Assembly: GCA_963664395.2 (NCBI GenBank)
Contig: OY761159.2
Span: forward strand, 3,040,001 to 3,104,000
DNA: 64,000 nucleotides
Source: Candidatus Binatia bacterium
GTDB taxonomy: Bacteria > Desulfobacterota > Binatia > Bin18
Reading direction: 5' to 3'
Both the position numbers and the translations under genes were made by a program. The stretch's first letter is position 1. Every line of letters starts with the position of its first letter. The notes beneath the pieces were generated by a model that did not search any database, was not told the origin of the DNA, and saw only the letters and a program-made list of their open reading frames with translations. Positions 18,502 through 29,084 of the stretch are shown here, one piece after another.

Positions 18502-19323
18502 TTATTTGCCCGTATATCCAGGGTTGGTGGGGTTATCGAGCCAGTCGCGCCGTTTGTCATACGGCAGGTCTATATAGGTTTGCATGGCCAGCAATCCGTC
18601 GTCGGACAGCATGGTCTCCAGAAAGGCCGAGCTTTCAATGCCGAGCCCGGCGGCGAGATGAGTATCGTTGCCGGCATAGACCGAGTGCTTGGCGCGGGCG
18701 ACGGCAATCGGCGGAAAATTGGCAATCTCACGGGCGATTTCTGTCGCTCGGGCGAGCGCATCGTCGGCAACTTCGTGGACCAGACCGAAATGGAGCGCTT
18801 CATCGGGTGGGACGACACGAGAGCGAATAACAAACTCCAGCGCGCGGCCAATCCCGATCAGCCGCGACAGGCGCTGGGTGCCGCTGCCACCGGGCAGAAT
18901 GCCGAGTTTGACTTCCGGGAATCCATATCGATAATCACCCTGCTGGCCAATACGCAGATCGCATGACAGACTCAATTCAAATCCACCGCCCATGGTGTCG
19001 CCGTTCATGGCCACGATGATCGCCTTGGGCAGCTCGCTCAAATTTTTCAGCATGGCGTGATAGGCCGCGGTGAGTGAGGTGCCAGCCTGTCGCATGGCTT
19101 CACGATCCTTGGCTAAATCAACCAATTCTTCCACGCTGTAATGGGTAATAAACTTGCCTTCCAGCGCACCTGTCAAAACGACGGCCCGGATAGCGGGGTC
19201 GCGCCAGTCCTCAATCAGCTTCCACAACTCTTGGGTGCCCTCGGCACAGAAATAATTCATCGGGGGGTTATGGTATTTTGCGATCACGACCCCGTCGCTC
19301 TGTTCAGTCTGCCAATAGCTCAT
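18502..19323 (-). CDS. Enoyl-CoA hydratase/isomerase family protein
   Basis: AMNGDTMGGGFELSLSCDLRI, PEVKLGILPGGSGTQRL. Confidence 0.92.
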   Translation of the reverse strand: MSYWQTEQSDGVVIAKYHNPPMNYFCAEGTQELWKLIEDWRDPAIRAVVLTGALEGKFITHYSVEELVDLAKDREAMRQAGTSLTAAYHAMLKNLSELPKAIIVAMNGDTMGGGFELSLSCDLRIGQQGDYRYGFPEVKLGILPGGSGTQRLSRLIGIGRALEFVIRSRVVPPDEALHFGLVHEVADDALARATEIAREIANFPPIAVARAKHSVYAGNDTHLAAGLGIESSAFLETMLSDDGLLAMQTYIDLPYDKRRDWLDNPTNPGYTGK

Positions 19324-19372
19324 GTTGATATCCTCTTCTCTGTTTACTCTGTACTAGCCACTGACCACTAAT

Positions 19373-19413
19373 ACCCACCCCGGCCCTTCGGGCCACCCCT
19401 CCAAGGAGGGGAT
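19373..19413. repeat. REP-like double hairpin
   Basis: CCCACCCCGGCCCTTCGGGCCACCCCTCCAAGGAGGGGA. Confidence 0.6.
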
Positions 19414-19424
19414 AGGGGAGGGAG

Positions 19425-19456
19425 AAAAAAAGCCCACCGGGGGATGGTGGGCTCTT
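19425..19456 (-). terminator. Intrinsic terminator of the small Cys/His protein gene
   Basis: Minus strand: AGCCCACC...GGTGGGC followed by a T7 tract. Confidence 0.8.
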
Positions 19457-19497
19457 GTGCTACATCGACGCGTGTTTCTGTGCGTCAGCAGCGGCGT

Positions 19498-19701
19498 TTA
19501 CTGATCAGCCTTGCGGGACTTGATCGAGACAACCTTCTTCTCTATGTCCTGAGCGGTTTCCCAGGCATCATGCTGAAGTGCACAGTGCATGAGCACCCTG
19601 GCCAGGCTGTCTTTATGCTCACTGCCGGCAGCCTGACAGTCGCCGCAGTACCATTGATCCTCTTTGATATTGCCAATTTCTCCACCAATCACTTGGGGCA
19701 T
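19498..19701 (-). CDS. Small hypothetical protein with C-x2-C-x16-H-x4-H motif
   Basis: 67 aa, strong RBS AGGAGGTG, dedicated terminator. Confidence 0.65.
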   Translation of the reverse strand: MPQVIGGEIGNIKEDQWYCGDCQAAGSEHKDSLARVLMHCALQHDAWETAQDIEKKVVSIKSRKADQ

Positions 19702-19824
19702 AGTCACCTCCTGTTTTTTCTTTCTCTTGTAGCGCAAGAGATATTGTCAGGTCCAGGGGTTGATCTCCCGGCAACGCTGTGCGACTCAATACGCATACAA
19801 ATATCCAAAGGGGAGGAGACCAGA

Positions 19825-20121
19825 ATGGGTACAACGGTTGTTCTGCTGGAAATACAAGTCAAGCCTGAATGCGTAGAAGAGGTGAAAGCCTTTATGAAAG
19901 AGGCGTTACCGGACACGCGCGGCTACGACGGCTGTCAGGGCCTTGATGTCTATGGCAATCTCGACGAGTCAACCAATCTCGTGTTCTACGAACGCTGGGA
20001 TTCACGCGATCACTATCAGAAATATCTGAACTGGCGGACCGAGACCGGTGTGCTTGATCAGCTCGGCTCAAAATTGGTTGGCCCGCCGAGTATTCGGTAT
20101 TACGAAAGGGTTGATGTGTAG
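19825..20121 (+). CDS. Antibiotic biosynthesis monooxygenase (ABM) domain protein
   Basis: TRGYDGC, FYERWDS..HYQKYL.WR; RBS GGAGGAG. Confidence 0.88.
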   Translation: MGTTVVLLEIQVKPECVEEVKAFMKEALPDTRGYDGCQGLDVYGNLDESTNLVFYERWDSRDHYQKYLNWRTETGVLDQLGSKLVGPPSIRYYERVDV

Positions 20122-20151
20122 GGCGTTCCACCCTGATTTGGATTGTGAGAC

Positions 20152-20177
20152 AGGCCGGCTTTGCCGGCCTTTTTTTG
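20152..20177 (+). terminator. Intrinsic terminator
   Basis: AGGCCGGC-TTT-GCCGGCCT followed by a T-tract. Confidence 0.85.
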
Positions 20178-20280
20178 TTCAGCCAAACGAGGGGCCAGCT
20201 TGTCCGCGCATCCAACAGATAGCAACTTCTGTTCTCACCAGCTACAATCTGGCGGCTTTGAAACCTAAGAAGGAGGCTCT

Positions 20281-21189
20281 ATGACGCAGAAACCAGCCAT
20301 CGCCTTAGTCGCCGTCGCTGGACGAAGAAAACAAACCCTGGAAGTTGCAACCCAAATTGAAAAAGAAGGCTTTAGCGGTCTTTACTGTCAGAGTGTCGGG
20401 GACTGTATTGGCTTGTGTGAGGCCCTGGCCTTTACCACCAACGAGATTCCGTTCGGGACCAGTATCGCCAATATGTATACGCGCCATCCGTATGATTTTG
20501 CCCAAACCGCAGCCCTGATTCACGAAGTCTCGGACGGACGCTTCCGGTTTGGCGTGGGTGTGAGTCACGGCCCTATGCTGAACCGCCTGAAGGTGAAGGC
20601 CGGCAAGCCGTTAGCTGATATGCGTCAATTTGTCTCCGACCTGCACGCCAGCGTTGGCCGAAAAGATGCGCTGCCGCCTATTGTCCTGGCAACGTTACGC
20701 AAGGCAATGGTCAAATTGTCGGCTGAGATTTCTCAGGGCGCGGTCTGGGCGAATGCGGCCCGGTCGCATATGGCCATGTCGCTGAGCTTCCTGCCACAGG
20801 AGAAAATGCAGGACGACGGGTTTTTTGTCGGTAATATGATCCCGACCATTATTTCGGACGATAAAGAAGCTGCCGCGAAAGTCCATCGACGGACCCTCAG
20901 CACCTATGTCCGCTTACCCAATTACCAGCAGTATTGGATCGAAGCCGGTTATGAAGAGGAAATGCAGGCCATCCAGCAGGCCATCGCCAATAAGGAAGAC
21001 GAGAAGATTCCGTCCCTCATGTCTGACCGCTGGCTGAGCCAAGTCACCCTGTACGGCAGTGTGTCCGAGGTCAGAGCCGGCGTCGAAGCCTGGTATGACA
21101 CCGGCCTCAAAACGCCCATCCTGGTGCCCTCGTCGGCCAATGGCAACCAAATGGTCGCCCTGCAGGAGGTGATGGCGGCGTTTCGATAG
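20281..21189 (+). CDS. LLM class flavin-dependent oxidoreductase
   Basis: GTSIANMYTRHP, GRFRFGVGVSH, PIVLATLR. Confidence 0.85.
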   Translation: MTQKPAIALVAVAGRRKQTLEVATQIEKEGFSGLYCQSVGDCIGLCEALAFTTNEIPFGTSIANMYTRHPYDFAQTAALIHEVSDGRFRFGVGVSHGPMLNRLKVKAGKPLADMRQFVSDLHASVGRKDALPPIVLATLRKAMVKLSAEISQGAVWANAARSHMAMSLSFLPQEKMQDDGFFVGNMIPTIISDDKEAAAKVHRRTLSTYVRLPNYQQYWIEAGYEEEMQAIQQAIANKEDEKIPSLMSDRWLSQVTLYGSVSEVRAGVEAWYDTGLKTPILVPSSANGNQMVALQEVMAAFR

Positions 21190-21247
21190 GGGGCGGAGTA
21201 AGCAGCCGTTCTCTTGACGAGGCCCAGAGACTGCTTCTCCCGTGCGT

Positions 21248-22120
21248 TTACAGTACGAGGAAGTCAACAATCCGTGGGTTGACTTCCGCTGGCATTTCCA
21301 GATGCAGGAAATGTCCGAGACCCGGATAGACTTCTTTTTCCAAGCCCGCGGTGAACAAATGATCCATGGCGTTGAAGGCCGCAAGACGGCCCGGCCGGTC
21401 TCTTGTGCCGTGCAGGGCCAGCGTCGGAACTGTGGTGGGGGAGGCCAGCTTTTCCTGAAGGGGCTGTAAGGCCGGGTCTCGATTATCGGGATGAAACGTG
21501 TGTCGGTAGTAGTTGAGTGCGGCGGTCACCACCCCCGGCTGCCGAAAGGTCTCCTTCACGCTGGCCATGATCTCTGCCGGAATGTCGTACTCGGGTGAGG
21601 CGTCCTGCCACCAACGCTCGATAAAGGCAAAATCCTGGGCCGAGACCGCTTGTGCGGCAAACGGCATCTGAAAAAAGTAGGCGTGCCAGATACCTTTTAT
21701 CATGTCGTAGTCGGAAGCTAATGTACCCAGCATGACCCCCGGATGCGCGACCGCCAGGGTGACAATTTTCGGTATCCGTTCCGGCGCGAGAGCAGCCGCT
21801 CCGAAGGTCGCAAACGCCCCCCAGTCATGCCCAACGATACACGTTTGTTCGGCTTCCAGAGACGTCATCAAAGCGACGGCATCCTGCGCGAGCAGGACAG
21901 ATTCATAGCGTCCGTCCGCTGGAGCGGACGTTGGAGCATAGCCGCGCATGAACGGCGCGACCGCATGAAACCCCGCCTCGGCAAGGGCGGGTAAGAGCGT
22001 GCGATAGGTATACGCATTATCCGGAAAGCCGTGCAAACACAGGACGAGCGGTCCGTGGCCGGCTTCGAGGCAGTGAAAGTGGATGCCGTTTGCCGTGACT
22101 GTGCGTGTGTGAAATTCCAT
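21248..22120 (-). CDS. Alpha/beta hydrolase (epoxide hydrolase-like)
   Basis: LHGFP, MRGY, VGHDWGA, GHFLHLE. Confidence 0.9.
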   Translation of the reverse strand: MEFHTRTVTANGIHFHCLEAGHGPLVLCLHGFPDNAYTYRTLLPALAEAGFHAVAPFMRGYAPTSAPADGRYESVLLAQDAVALMTSLEAEQTCIVGHDWGAFATFGAAALAPERIPKIVTLAVAHPGVMLGTLASDYDMIKGIWHAYFFQMPFAAQAVSAQDFAFIERWWQDASPEYDIPAEIMASVKETFRQPGVVTAALNYYRHTFHPDNRDPALQPLQEKLASPTTVPTLALHGTRDRPGRLAAFNAMDHLFTAGLEKEVYPGLGHFLHLEMPAEVNPRIVDFLVL

Positions 22121-22177
22121 ACCTTTCTCCCTGCTATACGATCCTGGACACCCGCTTGAGGTAAAAGCGACACACCG

Positions 22178-23347
22178 TTACGCGCCCTCGGCAACAAGCG
22201 GCTGACGTGTACCCGCGGTCTTTTTCCAGCGCTCTCGAACAATCCTGAATGCCGCCTCAAACGGTGTACAGCGTGAGCGTTTGCTCCGTGAGAGCACCAG
22301 CCTGGTATTCTTCCGAATCCGCTCGCTGACAAAGGCAAAGGATTCCTTGGTCCCGAGCCCCTGAATGTCGGCCAGCGCCGCCAGGACTCCACCGCCGTTT
22401 GAGACAAAATCCGGCACGACGCCAATCCCGCGCTGGGAGAGGCGGTTCGCAATCGGCAGGCGAAAAGGAATGTTCGCCGCCGGGACGACCAGTCTGGCCT
22501 GAATCCGGTCAACATTCTTTGCATGGATGACATCCGGGCGCGCGCCGGGAATGAGGATGTCAACCGGCAGGGTGAAGAGCGCGCTCCGAGAAAGAAGCCT
22601 CCCGCCCCGATACTGATGGACTGCATCATCCCCATGCCTGTGGCGGAGATCCAAAAGCCGCTCGACATCCAGACCCTTGGGGTCATGACGCGTGCCCGCC
22701 AACGTTGAGACGGCCACGACACGGGCACCCGCGCGGGCAAAAAAACGGGCCGCCCCGCCCCCGACCTTGCCGAAGCCCTCGATGGCAACCGTCGCGCCGC
22801 GTATGGGCAGTTGAAAAGCCCTGGCCGCCACCAGGGCCGACTCAACCACGCCAAATCCCGTCAATTGGTCTTCAAGCGGCAGTCCTTCAAAATGTGTAGC
22901 GCGCAATCCACTATAGCGCCGCTTACCTGGCTTATTCCGCAGCGGTAGAAAGTCATCATCCGACGTCCCCATGTCAGCTCCGGGATAGTAGGTTCGCTGT
23001 TCATACAGGGGTTGAAGCACCCGCAGAAAGGCGTCCATCACCGCCTGGCGGTTCTGGGTTGCCGGGTCGTACCAGATGCCGGCTTTTGCGCCCCCGGCCG
23101 GGAATTCGAGCATCAAGTATTTATACGTCATGGCCCGGGCCAGGCGAATCATCTCTTCGACTGACAGGTCGGGCAACATCCGCACGCCACCCGCACTCAT
23201 GCCAAAAGCTGTCGTGTCAATGACAATCACCGCCCGCATCTGACTGGCCGGATCATAAAAGGATAGGATTCGTTCCGGACCAGTCGCGTCCTGATGCCGA
23301 TAGAAGGGAAATGATGGGTGTGTCTGCATAATGGCACGAGGTCGCAT
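22178..23347 (-). CDS. Glu/Leu/Phe/Val dehydrogenase family protein
   Basis: [37 protein letters not shown]. Confidence 0.88.
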   Translation of the reverse strand: MRPRAIMQTHPSFPFYRHQDATGPERILSFYDPASQMRAVIVIDTTAFGMSAGGVRMLPDLSVEEMIRLARAMTYKYLMLEFPAGGAKAGIWYDPATQNRQAVMDAFLRVLQPLYEQRTYYPGADMGTSDDDFLPLRNKPGKRRYSGLRATHFEGLPLEDQLTGFGVVESALVAARAFQLPIRGATVAIEGFGKVGGGAARFFARAGARVVAVSTLAGTRHDPKGLDVERLLDLRHRHGDDAVHQYRGGRLLSRSALFTLPVDILIPGARPDVIHAKNVDRIQARLVVPAANIPFRLPIANRLSQRGIGVVPDFVSNGGGVLAALADIQGLGTKESFAFVSERIRKNTRLVLSRSKRSRCTPFEAAFRIVRERWKKTAGTRQPLVAEGA

Positions 23348-23472
23348 ACCTCTCCGTATGGGTCAATGGGGCGAGTGGGGGCGGCATGGATGGGACGCCG
23401 GACTGCCCGAAATCTTTTTTCTATTCTGATATAATGGGACGAGCTAATGAACGGGCGGGAGGGGGAAGTCAC

Positions 23473-24903
23473 ATGCCCAGAGCAAATGGAATAAACGGGC
23501 CGCTCAATTTTTTTGAGAACGTGAACCGGAGTTTCGACAGGGCGGCCCGATTCCTGACCTATCCGGAGGGCCTGCTCACGCAGATACGCACCTGCAACAG
23601 TGTGTATACCGTGCATTTCCCTATAAAGACGCAGCACGGCTACGAAGTGATATCCGGCTGGCGGGTGCAGCATAGCCACCACAAAGCGCCGTGTAAGGGC
23701 GGCATTCGGTATGCGCCCGAGGTGAGCGAGCATGAGGTCAAGGCGCTGGCCGCATTGATGACGTATAAGTGCGCCCTGGTTGACGTACCGTTCGGGGGAG
23801 CAAAGGGCGGGGTCCAAATCGATCCAAAGCGCTATACGGTTGATGAATTGGAACGAATCACGCGGCGCTATACGGCCGAACTGATCAAGAAGAATTTCAT
23901 CGGCCCCGGGGTTGATGTCCCGGCTCCGGACTATGGCACCAGCGGGCGTGAGATGGCGTGGATCTTTGATACCTATGCCTCGTTTAATCCGGGCCAGATT
24001 GATGCTGCGGCCTGTGTGACCGGAAAACCCATCTCCCAGGGGGGCGTACAGGGCCGTGTCGAGGCAACTGGGCGCGGGGTGTATTTTGGGCTGCGCGAAG
24101 TGTGTGAGAACGCCGAGGATATGAAACAGGTCGGCTTGAGTCCCGGCCTGGCGGACAAGACGGTCATCGTGCAGGGATTAGGCAATGTGGGCTACCATGC
24201 CGCGAAATTCTGCCAAGAGGGCGGCTGCCGTATTGTTGGCATCGCAGAATATGAAGGCGGGATTTGTAACGCCCAGGGATTAGATGTTGACGCTGTCCTC
24301 GCCCACCGTACACAGACGCAATCCATCCTTGACTTCCCTGGGGCGGAGAACGTTCCGCAATCGTCCGCTGTTTTAGAACGGGCATGTGACATCCTGATCC
24401 CAGCCGCACTCGAAAACCAAATCACTGTGACCAATGCGCCGCGCATTCAGGCCAAGATTGTTGCAGAGGCCGCAAACGGGCCCATAACCGCCCAGGCTGA
24501 AGACATATTAGCCGCCAAGGGGGTGCTGATTATTCCCGATGTCTACTTAAATGCCGGCGGGGTGACGGTCTCGTATTTTGAGTGGCTGAAGAATCTGTCG
24601 CATGTCCGGCTGGGTCGTATGGGCAAGCGATTTGATCAATCCGCCTTTGACAAGATCTTACATACGGTTGAACGCCTGACGGACAAGCGGCTCTCAGAGG
24701 GAGAGCGACAAGAGGTTGTGCATGGCGCGGATGAAATTGATCTGGTGAATTCGGGGCTGGAAGAAACCATGATTACGGCCTATCACCAGATTTACGAAGA
24801 ATGGAAAGGGGATCCGCGGGTGCCCGACTTACGAACGGCAGCATTTATCAGCGCTATTAAAAAAATTGCCGTCTCGTATATGGAACTCGGCATTTTCCCC
24901 TGA
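23473..24903 (+). CDS. gdhA: Glutamate dehydrogenase
   Basis: [43 protein letters not shown]. Confidence 0.92.
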   Translation: MPRANGINGPLNFFENVNRSFDRAARFLTYPEGLLTQIRTCNSVYTVHFPIKTQHGYEVISGWRVQHSHHKAPCKGGIRYAPEVSEHEVKALAALMTYKCALVDVPFGGAKGGVQIDPKRYTVDELERITRRYTAELIKKNFIGPGVDVPAPDYGTSGREMAWIFDTYASFNPGQIDAAACVTGKPISQGGVQGRVEATGRGVYFGLREVCENAEDMKQVGLSPGLADKTVIVQGLGNVGYHAAKFCQEGGCRIVGIAEYEGGICNAQGLDVDAVLAHRTQTQSILDFPGAENVPQSSAVLERACDILIPAALENQITVTNAPRIQAKIVAEAANGPITAQAEDILAAKGVLIIPDVYLNAGGVTVSYFEWLKNLSHVRLGRMGKRFDQSAFDKILHTVERLTDKRLSEGERQEVVHGADEIDLVNSGLEETMITAYHQIYEEWKGDPRVPDLRTAAFISAIKKIAVSYMELGIFP

Positions 24904-24922
24904 ATCGCTCCTGTCAACAGCC

Positions 24923-25252
24923 ATGAAGCGTGTCTACACCGCTCACGACCCAACTGAAGCACATCTGGTGAAGGGTCTGCTCGAAGCCGCCGGCATCGAA
25001 GCCCTTGTCCAGGGCGAGCATTTATTCCCTCTCCGCGGCAGCCTGCCAGTCACGTCTGATACCAATCCATCTGTGTGGGTGGTGAACGATATGGACTTTG
25101 ACCAGGGCCGTACGATTGCCCAAGCCTATGACCGCGGTGCCCGTGCGGACCAGACGCACGCCCCACACTGGGACTGCCCACAGTGCGGGGAGAAGCTTGA
25201 AGGCCAGTTTACTGCGTGCTGGAAATGTGGAGCGATTCGACCGTTGGCGTAA
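24923..25252 (+). CDS. DUF2007 family protein with C-terminal zinc ribbon
   Basis: EAHLVKGLLEAAGI; WDCPQCGE...FTACWKCG. Confidence 0.85.
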   Translation: MKRVYTAHDPTEAHLVKGLLEAAGIEALVQGEHLFPLRGSLPVTSDTNPSVWVVNDMDFDQGRTIAQAYDRGARADQTHAPHWDCPQCGEKLEGQFTACWKCGAIRPLA

Positions 25253-25271
25253 AGCAGAGTCCGGCTACGCG

Positions 25272-25775
25272 TTACTTCGCCAACCCCAGTGTCTCCATCC
25301 GCGTCGGCTTCATGACAACCAGTACCCGGGGCTCCGTTTTCATGCTTTCAAGATATTCCTCACCGCCTTCCTCGCCGCGATACTTCAGCACGATTTTTCG
25401 GGTGTCGGCCCAAATATCTTTTTCTCGGATTTCCGCCGTGCCTTCGGCCACGACATACCCGAAGCCCATAACGTCATCGATACACAGGCTCATGCGGGCG
25501 TCGCGGACCAGGTTTTTATATTTTGCCCGCTTGGTTGTGACGGAGATGATGAAGTGCTCGCCATCCCACACAAACCAGACTGGGGTCAGTTGGGGAGTGC
25601 CATTGGCTCGAATCGTGGCCATAGTGGCATTCCGACTTTCGGCCAGAAAGCTCTCCACCGTCCGCTTGCTCTCCTGGGCCCATACTGGGCCGGACATGCC
25701 GATTATGCCGGCCATGCCGATTATGCCGAGGATGGCCCCCCATACAATGGTCCTGTACGTATTATTCCGCATCAT
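25272..25775 (-). CDS. PPOX class (split beta-barrel) F420-dependent oxidoreductase with N-terminal signal-peptide-like segment
   Basis: ATIRANGTPQLTPVWF, KYKNLVRDARMSL; hydrophobic N-terminus ending VWA-QE. Confidence 0.82.
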   Translation of the reverse strand: MMRNNTYRTIVWGAILGIIGMAGIIGMSGPVWAQESKRTVESFLAESRNATMATIRANGTPQLTPVWFVWDGEHFIISVTTKRAKYKNLVRDARMSLCIDDVMGFGYVVAEGTAEIREKDIWADTRKIVLKYRGEEGGEEYLESMKTEPRVLVVMKPTRMETLGLAK

Positions 25776-25864
25776 CGTGCTCCCTTCGTGTAATGCTTTC
25801 TATGGGGTACATAGCAGAGGACTGGCGGCGCGAGTAGTTCCACTCCGCGCGGGGGAATAGCCGC

Positions 25865-26527
25865 CTAGGCCACTGTCTTGCGCCACACCGTCGCCAACCA
25901 GGGTTGTTGCGGGCGGGGTTTTCCCGCTGGACGGTAGTAATGCGTGACTTCCTGAAATCCTGCATGAGTGAGCAACTGTCGCCACGTCTCAAACGTGTAG
26001 AAACTGCCGTATCGATGGTCCTGCCATCCTTCCCGGTCATTGCCACGCGGATTTGAGCTGAACAGGATACCGTTCGATTTGAGCGTGTCCCAAAGCTGAG
26101 TGAGTACCCGGGGTAACTCTTGGCTGGGAATATGAAAGAGTGAGGCGTTGGCAAAGATGCCGTCAAAGCGTTCAGGCGGTAAGGTCAGATCGAGAAAATC
26201 CTGATGCCAGACTGCGCAGCCCGTCTGTCGCCTGGCCATTGCAACAAAGGGTTCCGCCCCATCCAGTCCAACCGCCTCATGGCCCAGGTCGTGAAAGACT
26301 GCAAGGTCACGACCTGGGCCACAGCCAAAGTCGAGGATGGAATACGGGCCGTCTCCCGGTATATGAGCGAGCAAGGCGGCTCGATTCTGACTGACATCAT
26401 GGTCTTGCGTCCCGCGCTGGAACGCTTCCGCACACTGTTCATAGAAAGCGAGAGTCGTGCGGGAGGTCTGCGTGACTTCTTCAGGGCCAAGTTGTTCAAG
26501 CTGGTTTGGCTGGTTTAGTTGCTTCAT
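25865..26527 (-). CDS. Class I SAM-dependent methyltransferase
   Basis: ILDFGCGPGRD, FDGIFANASLFH. Confidence 0.9.
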   Translation of the reverse strand: MKQLNQPNQLEQLGPEEVTQTSRTTLAFYEQCAEAFQRGTQDHDVSQNRAALLAHIPGDGPYSILDFGCGPGRDLAVFHDLGHEAVGLDGAEPFVAMARRQTGCAVWHQDFLDLTLPPERFDGIFANASLFHIPSQELPRVLTQLWDTLKSNGILFSSNPRGNDREGWQDHRYGSFYTFETWRQLLTHAGFQEVTHYYRPAGKPRPQQPWLATVWRKTVA

Positions 26528-26780
26528 GCTGGGTCAGGTGGAAAAAGAGACTCTGTGACGGCTTCTTTCCTCAAGCATCCGCTTACAAGTGCTCACCCCA
26601 GGTATGCCCCCGTAGCGAAAGCGTACCATTCGGCTTGATATCACATCTGTTTAAGCCATGCTGCTGGTACACGCCTTGCGCTACCCCGGACACAGGACGG
26701 AAGGCGCTCACTCTATTCTTTTAAGGGATTTCTTTCCACTCTCCTTTTTGACACAATGCGCTCCTACCAGGGAACACTCT

Positions 26781-28688
26781 ATGCCACACATTATTGGAAC
26801 TGCCGGACATATTGACCACGGCAAGACGTCATTACTCAAGGCGTTGACCGGGCAGGACACGGACCGGCTTAAAGAGGAAAAGGAACGGGGCATCTCCATT
26901 GATCTCGGTTTTGCCTATTTGGATTTGCCCAACGGCGAGCGGGCCGGGATTGTTGATGTGCCTGGGCACGAGCGTTTTATCCGGAATATGCTGGCGGGTG
27001 CCCAAGGGATAGACTTGGTGTTGTTTACCGTTGCCGCGGACGATGGTGTGATGCCCCAAACCGAGGAGCATTTTGACTTTCTCCACCTCCTTGGCGTGCA
27101 GAAGGGTCTCTTCGCCATTACGAAAGTCGATATGGTAGACCCCGAGCGGATTGAAGCGGTGCGGGAAGAAATCGAGATTCTGACGATTGACACGGTCTTT
27201 GAAGGCGCGCCCATCCTGCCGGTCTCCTCTGTGACCGGTCAGGGCTTAGACGGACTCCAACGCGCAATTGCTCAGCAGCTTGAAACCTATACACGGCCAT
27301 CCCGGCCAGGGTACTTTCGGTTGCCGGTTGACCGGGTCTTCACGCTCAAAGGTCATGGTGTTGTTGTGACGGGTACCGCGCTTGCCGGGACCGTCCGTGA
27401 AGGCGAGACCGTACGTGTACTGCCGTCGCAGAGGGAAGCCCGTGTGCGGTCGCTCCAAGTTCATGGCGAGTCAGTGTCCGAAGCGCACTGGGGGCAGCGG
27501 GTTGCGCTGAATTTGGTAGGACTGGATAAGGAGAATATTGCTCGGGGCCATGTGGTGTGTCATCCCAAAGTCTCGATGACGACAACACGTTTTGATGCCA
27601 GTGTTGAAATTCGGCCAGGGGCGGGGCGCGAGATCGTCAACCACGAGCGGGTGCGCATTCATCTGGGGACAGCAGAAGTCATTGGGAAAATGATCTTCCT
27701 CGGTGGACTCGAGGTTCTGTCGCCGAAATCGACGGCCCTGTGTCAAATTGTGACACAGGAGCCGCTGGTTGCCCTGCGAGGGGACCACTTCGTGCTGCGC
27801 AATCAAACCGCGCAAGGGACGTTGGGTGGTGGAGTGGTGCTGAATCCTTTTGCCCAACGCCACCGCAAAGCGGAAACCCTGGTCACGGAACGCTTGCAGG
27901 CCCTGCAAACAACAGACCTCCGTCAGGCCTGCCACGCCTATCTGGAAGTCTGCCCGCAGTTTGCCGTCCGGCTGGACGAAATTTACCATGGGGTGAACGC
28001 ACAAGAAGAGGAAATTATTTCACTTCTTGCGAACGATGAAGCCGTTTTGCCTTTTCCTGATACACACCATCCTGAAGCGTATTCCGTTGTAACAAAGTGG
28101 CAGCGGCTGGTCGCCGCAGTCGAAAAGATGCTCGCCGCCTTCCACGCACGGACCCCGCTGGCTCAGGGGATGGAAATGGAGTCGGTTCGAAGCCAATTGC
28201 CGTTTAGCTTGACACTCAAGATTTTTCGGATTGTGGCTGAGCGGCTTATTGAGGAAGGGGTTATCGCTCGCCACGAGAGCCTGCTGCGTCTGCCGTCTCA
28301 CTCCGTGTCGCTGAGTCAGGAAGAGCAGGCAATCGCCGCTCGACTCGAACGTATCGTGCAAGACGGAAAATTCACCCCGCCGGACACGAAGGGATTGGAG
28401 GAAGCACTACAACTTCCTCGCAAGCGGCTGAACGATTTCTTAGCGGTGCTCGAGTCGCGGGGAGCGATTGTCAAAATTACACCGGATTTCTACATCAGCG
28501 AAAAAGTGTTGGGGCAGGCGCAGGCGACATTGACTGGCTACGTGGCGGCTCACGGAGAAATTACCGCGGCCATATTCCGCGATCTGCTCGGTATTAGTCG
28601 AAAAACCGCCATTCCCCTGTTGGAATACTTCGACCGCAGTGGCCTCACTGTCCGGGTGGGTGATGTGCGTCGGCTACGGAAAACCTAG
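26781..28688 (+). CDS. selB: Selenocysteine-specific translation elongation factor
   Basis: [33 protein letters not shown]-terminal [13 protein letters not shown] winged helix. Confidence 0.96.
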   Translation: MPHIIGTAGHIDHGKTSLLKALTGQDTDRLKEEKERGISIDLGFAYLDLPNGERAGIVDVPGHERFIRNMLAGAQGIDLVLFTVAADDGVMPQTEEHFDFLHLLGVQKGLFAITKVDMVDPERIEAVREEIEILTIDTVFEGAPILPVSSVTGQGLDGLQRAIAQQLETYTRPSRPGYFRLPVDRVFTLKGHGVVVTGTALAGTVREGETVRVLPSQREARVRSLQVHGESVSEAHWGQRVALNLVGLDKENIARGHVVCHPKVSMTTTRFDASVEIRPGAGREIVNHERVRIHLGTAEVIGKMIFLGGLEVLSPKSTALCQIVTQEPLVALRGDHFVLRNQTAQGTLGGGVVLNPFAQRHRKAETLVTERLQALQTTDLRQACHAYLEVCPQFAVRLDEIYHGVNAQEEEIISLLANDEAVLPFPDTHHPEAYSVVTKWQRLVAAVEKMLAAFHARTPLAQGMEMESVRSQLPFSLTLKIFRIVAERLIEEGVIARHESLLRLPSHSVSLSQEEQAIAARLERIVQDGKFTPPDTKGLEEALQLPRKRLNDFLAVLESRGAIVKITPDFYISEKVLGQAQATLTGYVAAHGEITAAIFRDLLGISRKTAIPLLEYFDRSGLTVRVGDVRRLRKT

Positions 28689-28754
28689 GGGGGAGATGAT
28701 CTTTGTCCTATGGAGCGGAGATGTGCTCGAAGAAGAATGCAAAGGGTGGGAGGG

Positions 28755-28796
28755 GGAATGCCATGACCGCAAATTCCTTTACCGTCATGGCATTCC
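28755..28796. other. Strong hairpin downstream of selB
   Basis: GGAATGCCATGAC...GTCATGGCATTCC, 13-bp perfect stem. Confidence 0.7.
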
Positions 28797-28843
28797 AGTA
28801 AGCAAGAAGGCTCACTCAAGAGCCCGTGCCCCAATCGGGGCCT

Positions 28844-28888
28844 ATCCACAACCACATCCACAACCACATCCACATCCACAACCACCAC
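28844..28888. repeat. Hexanucleotide repeat tract (CCACAW)n
   Basis: ATCCACAACCACATCCACAACCACATCCACATCCACAACCACCAC. Confidence 0.9.
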
Positions 28889-28918
28889 GTTTCTCAGAGT
28901 AAACGAATTGGATTCATA

Positions 28919-28972
28919 TTTCAAGCTCTGGATGAACTTTTTATTTTTCAAGCTCTGGATGAACTTTTTATT
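28919..28972. repeat. 27-bp tandem duplication
   Basis: TTTCAAGCTCTGGATGAACTTTTTATT occurs twice. Confidence 0.92.
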
Positions 28973-29084
28973 CTAACCAGCTGCCAAACAAGAAAAATGG
29001 CTATCTCATAATGAGACCTGGCTGAGTTGACTCACTCCACTATGTCGGTTAAGACCTGATCTGTTCACTCTAATCCGGTAATTT

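Noticed and set aside
19444-19824. Long hydrophobic N-terminal extension on the ABM protein (225-aa ORF)
   Set aside because: A strong RBS precedes ATG 19825, and the extension overlaps a better-supported minus-strand gene and terminator.
26781-28688. Selenoprotein genes near selB
   Set aside because: No recognisable gene in the window appears interrupted by an in-frame TGA; selA, selC and selD are not present here.
28919-28972. 27-bp direct repeat as a possible CRISPR remnant
   Set aside because: Only two adjacent copies, no spacer and no cas genes.
28826-29011. His-rich ORF (HNHIHNHIHIHNHH) as a metal-binding or attenuator peptide
   Set aside because: GTG start without an RBS; repeat variation is non-synonymous in this frame; the downstream gene (lolC/E) is unrelated to histidine.
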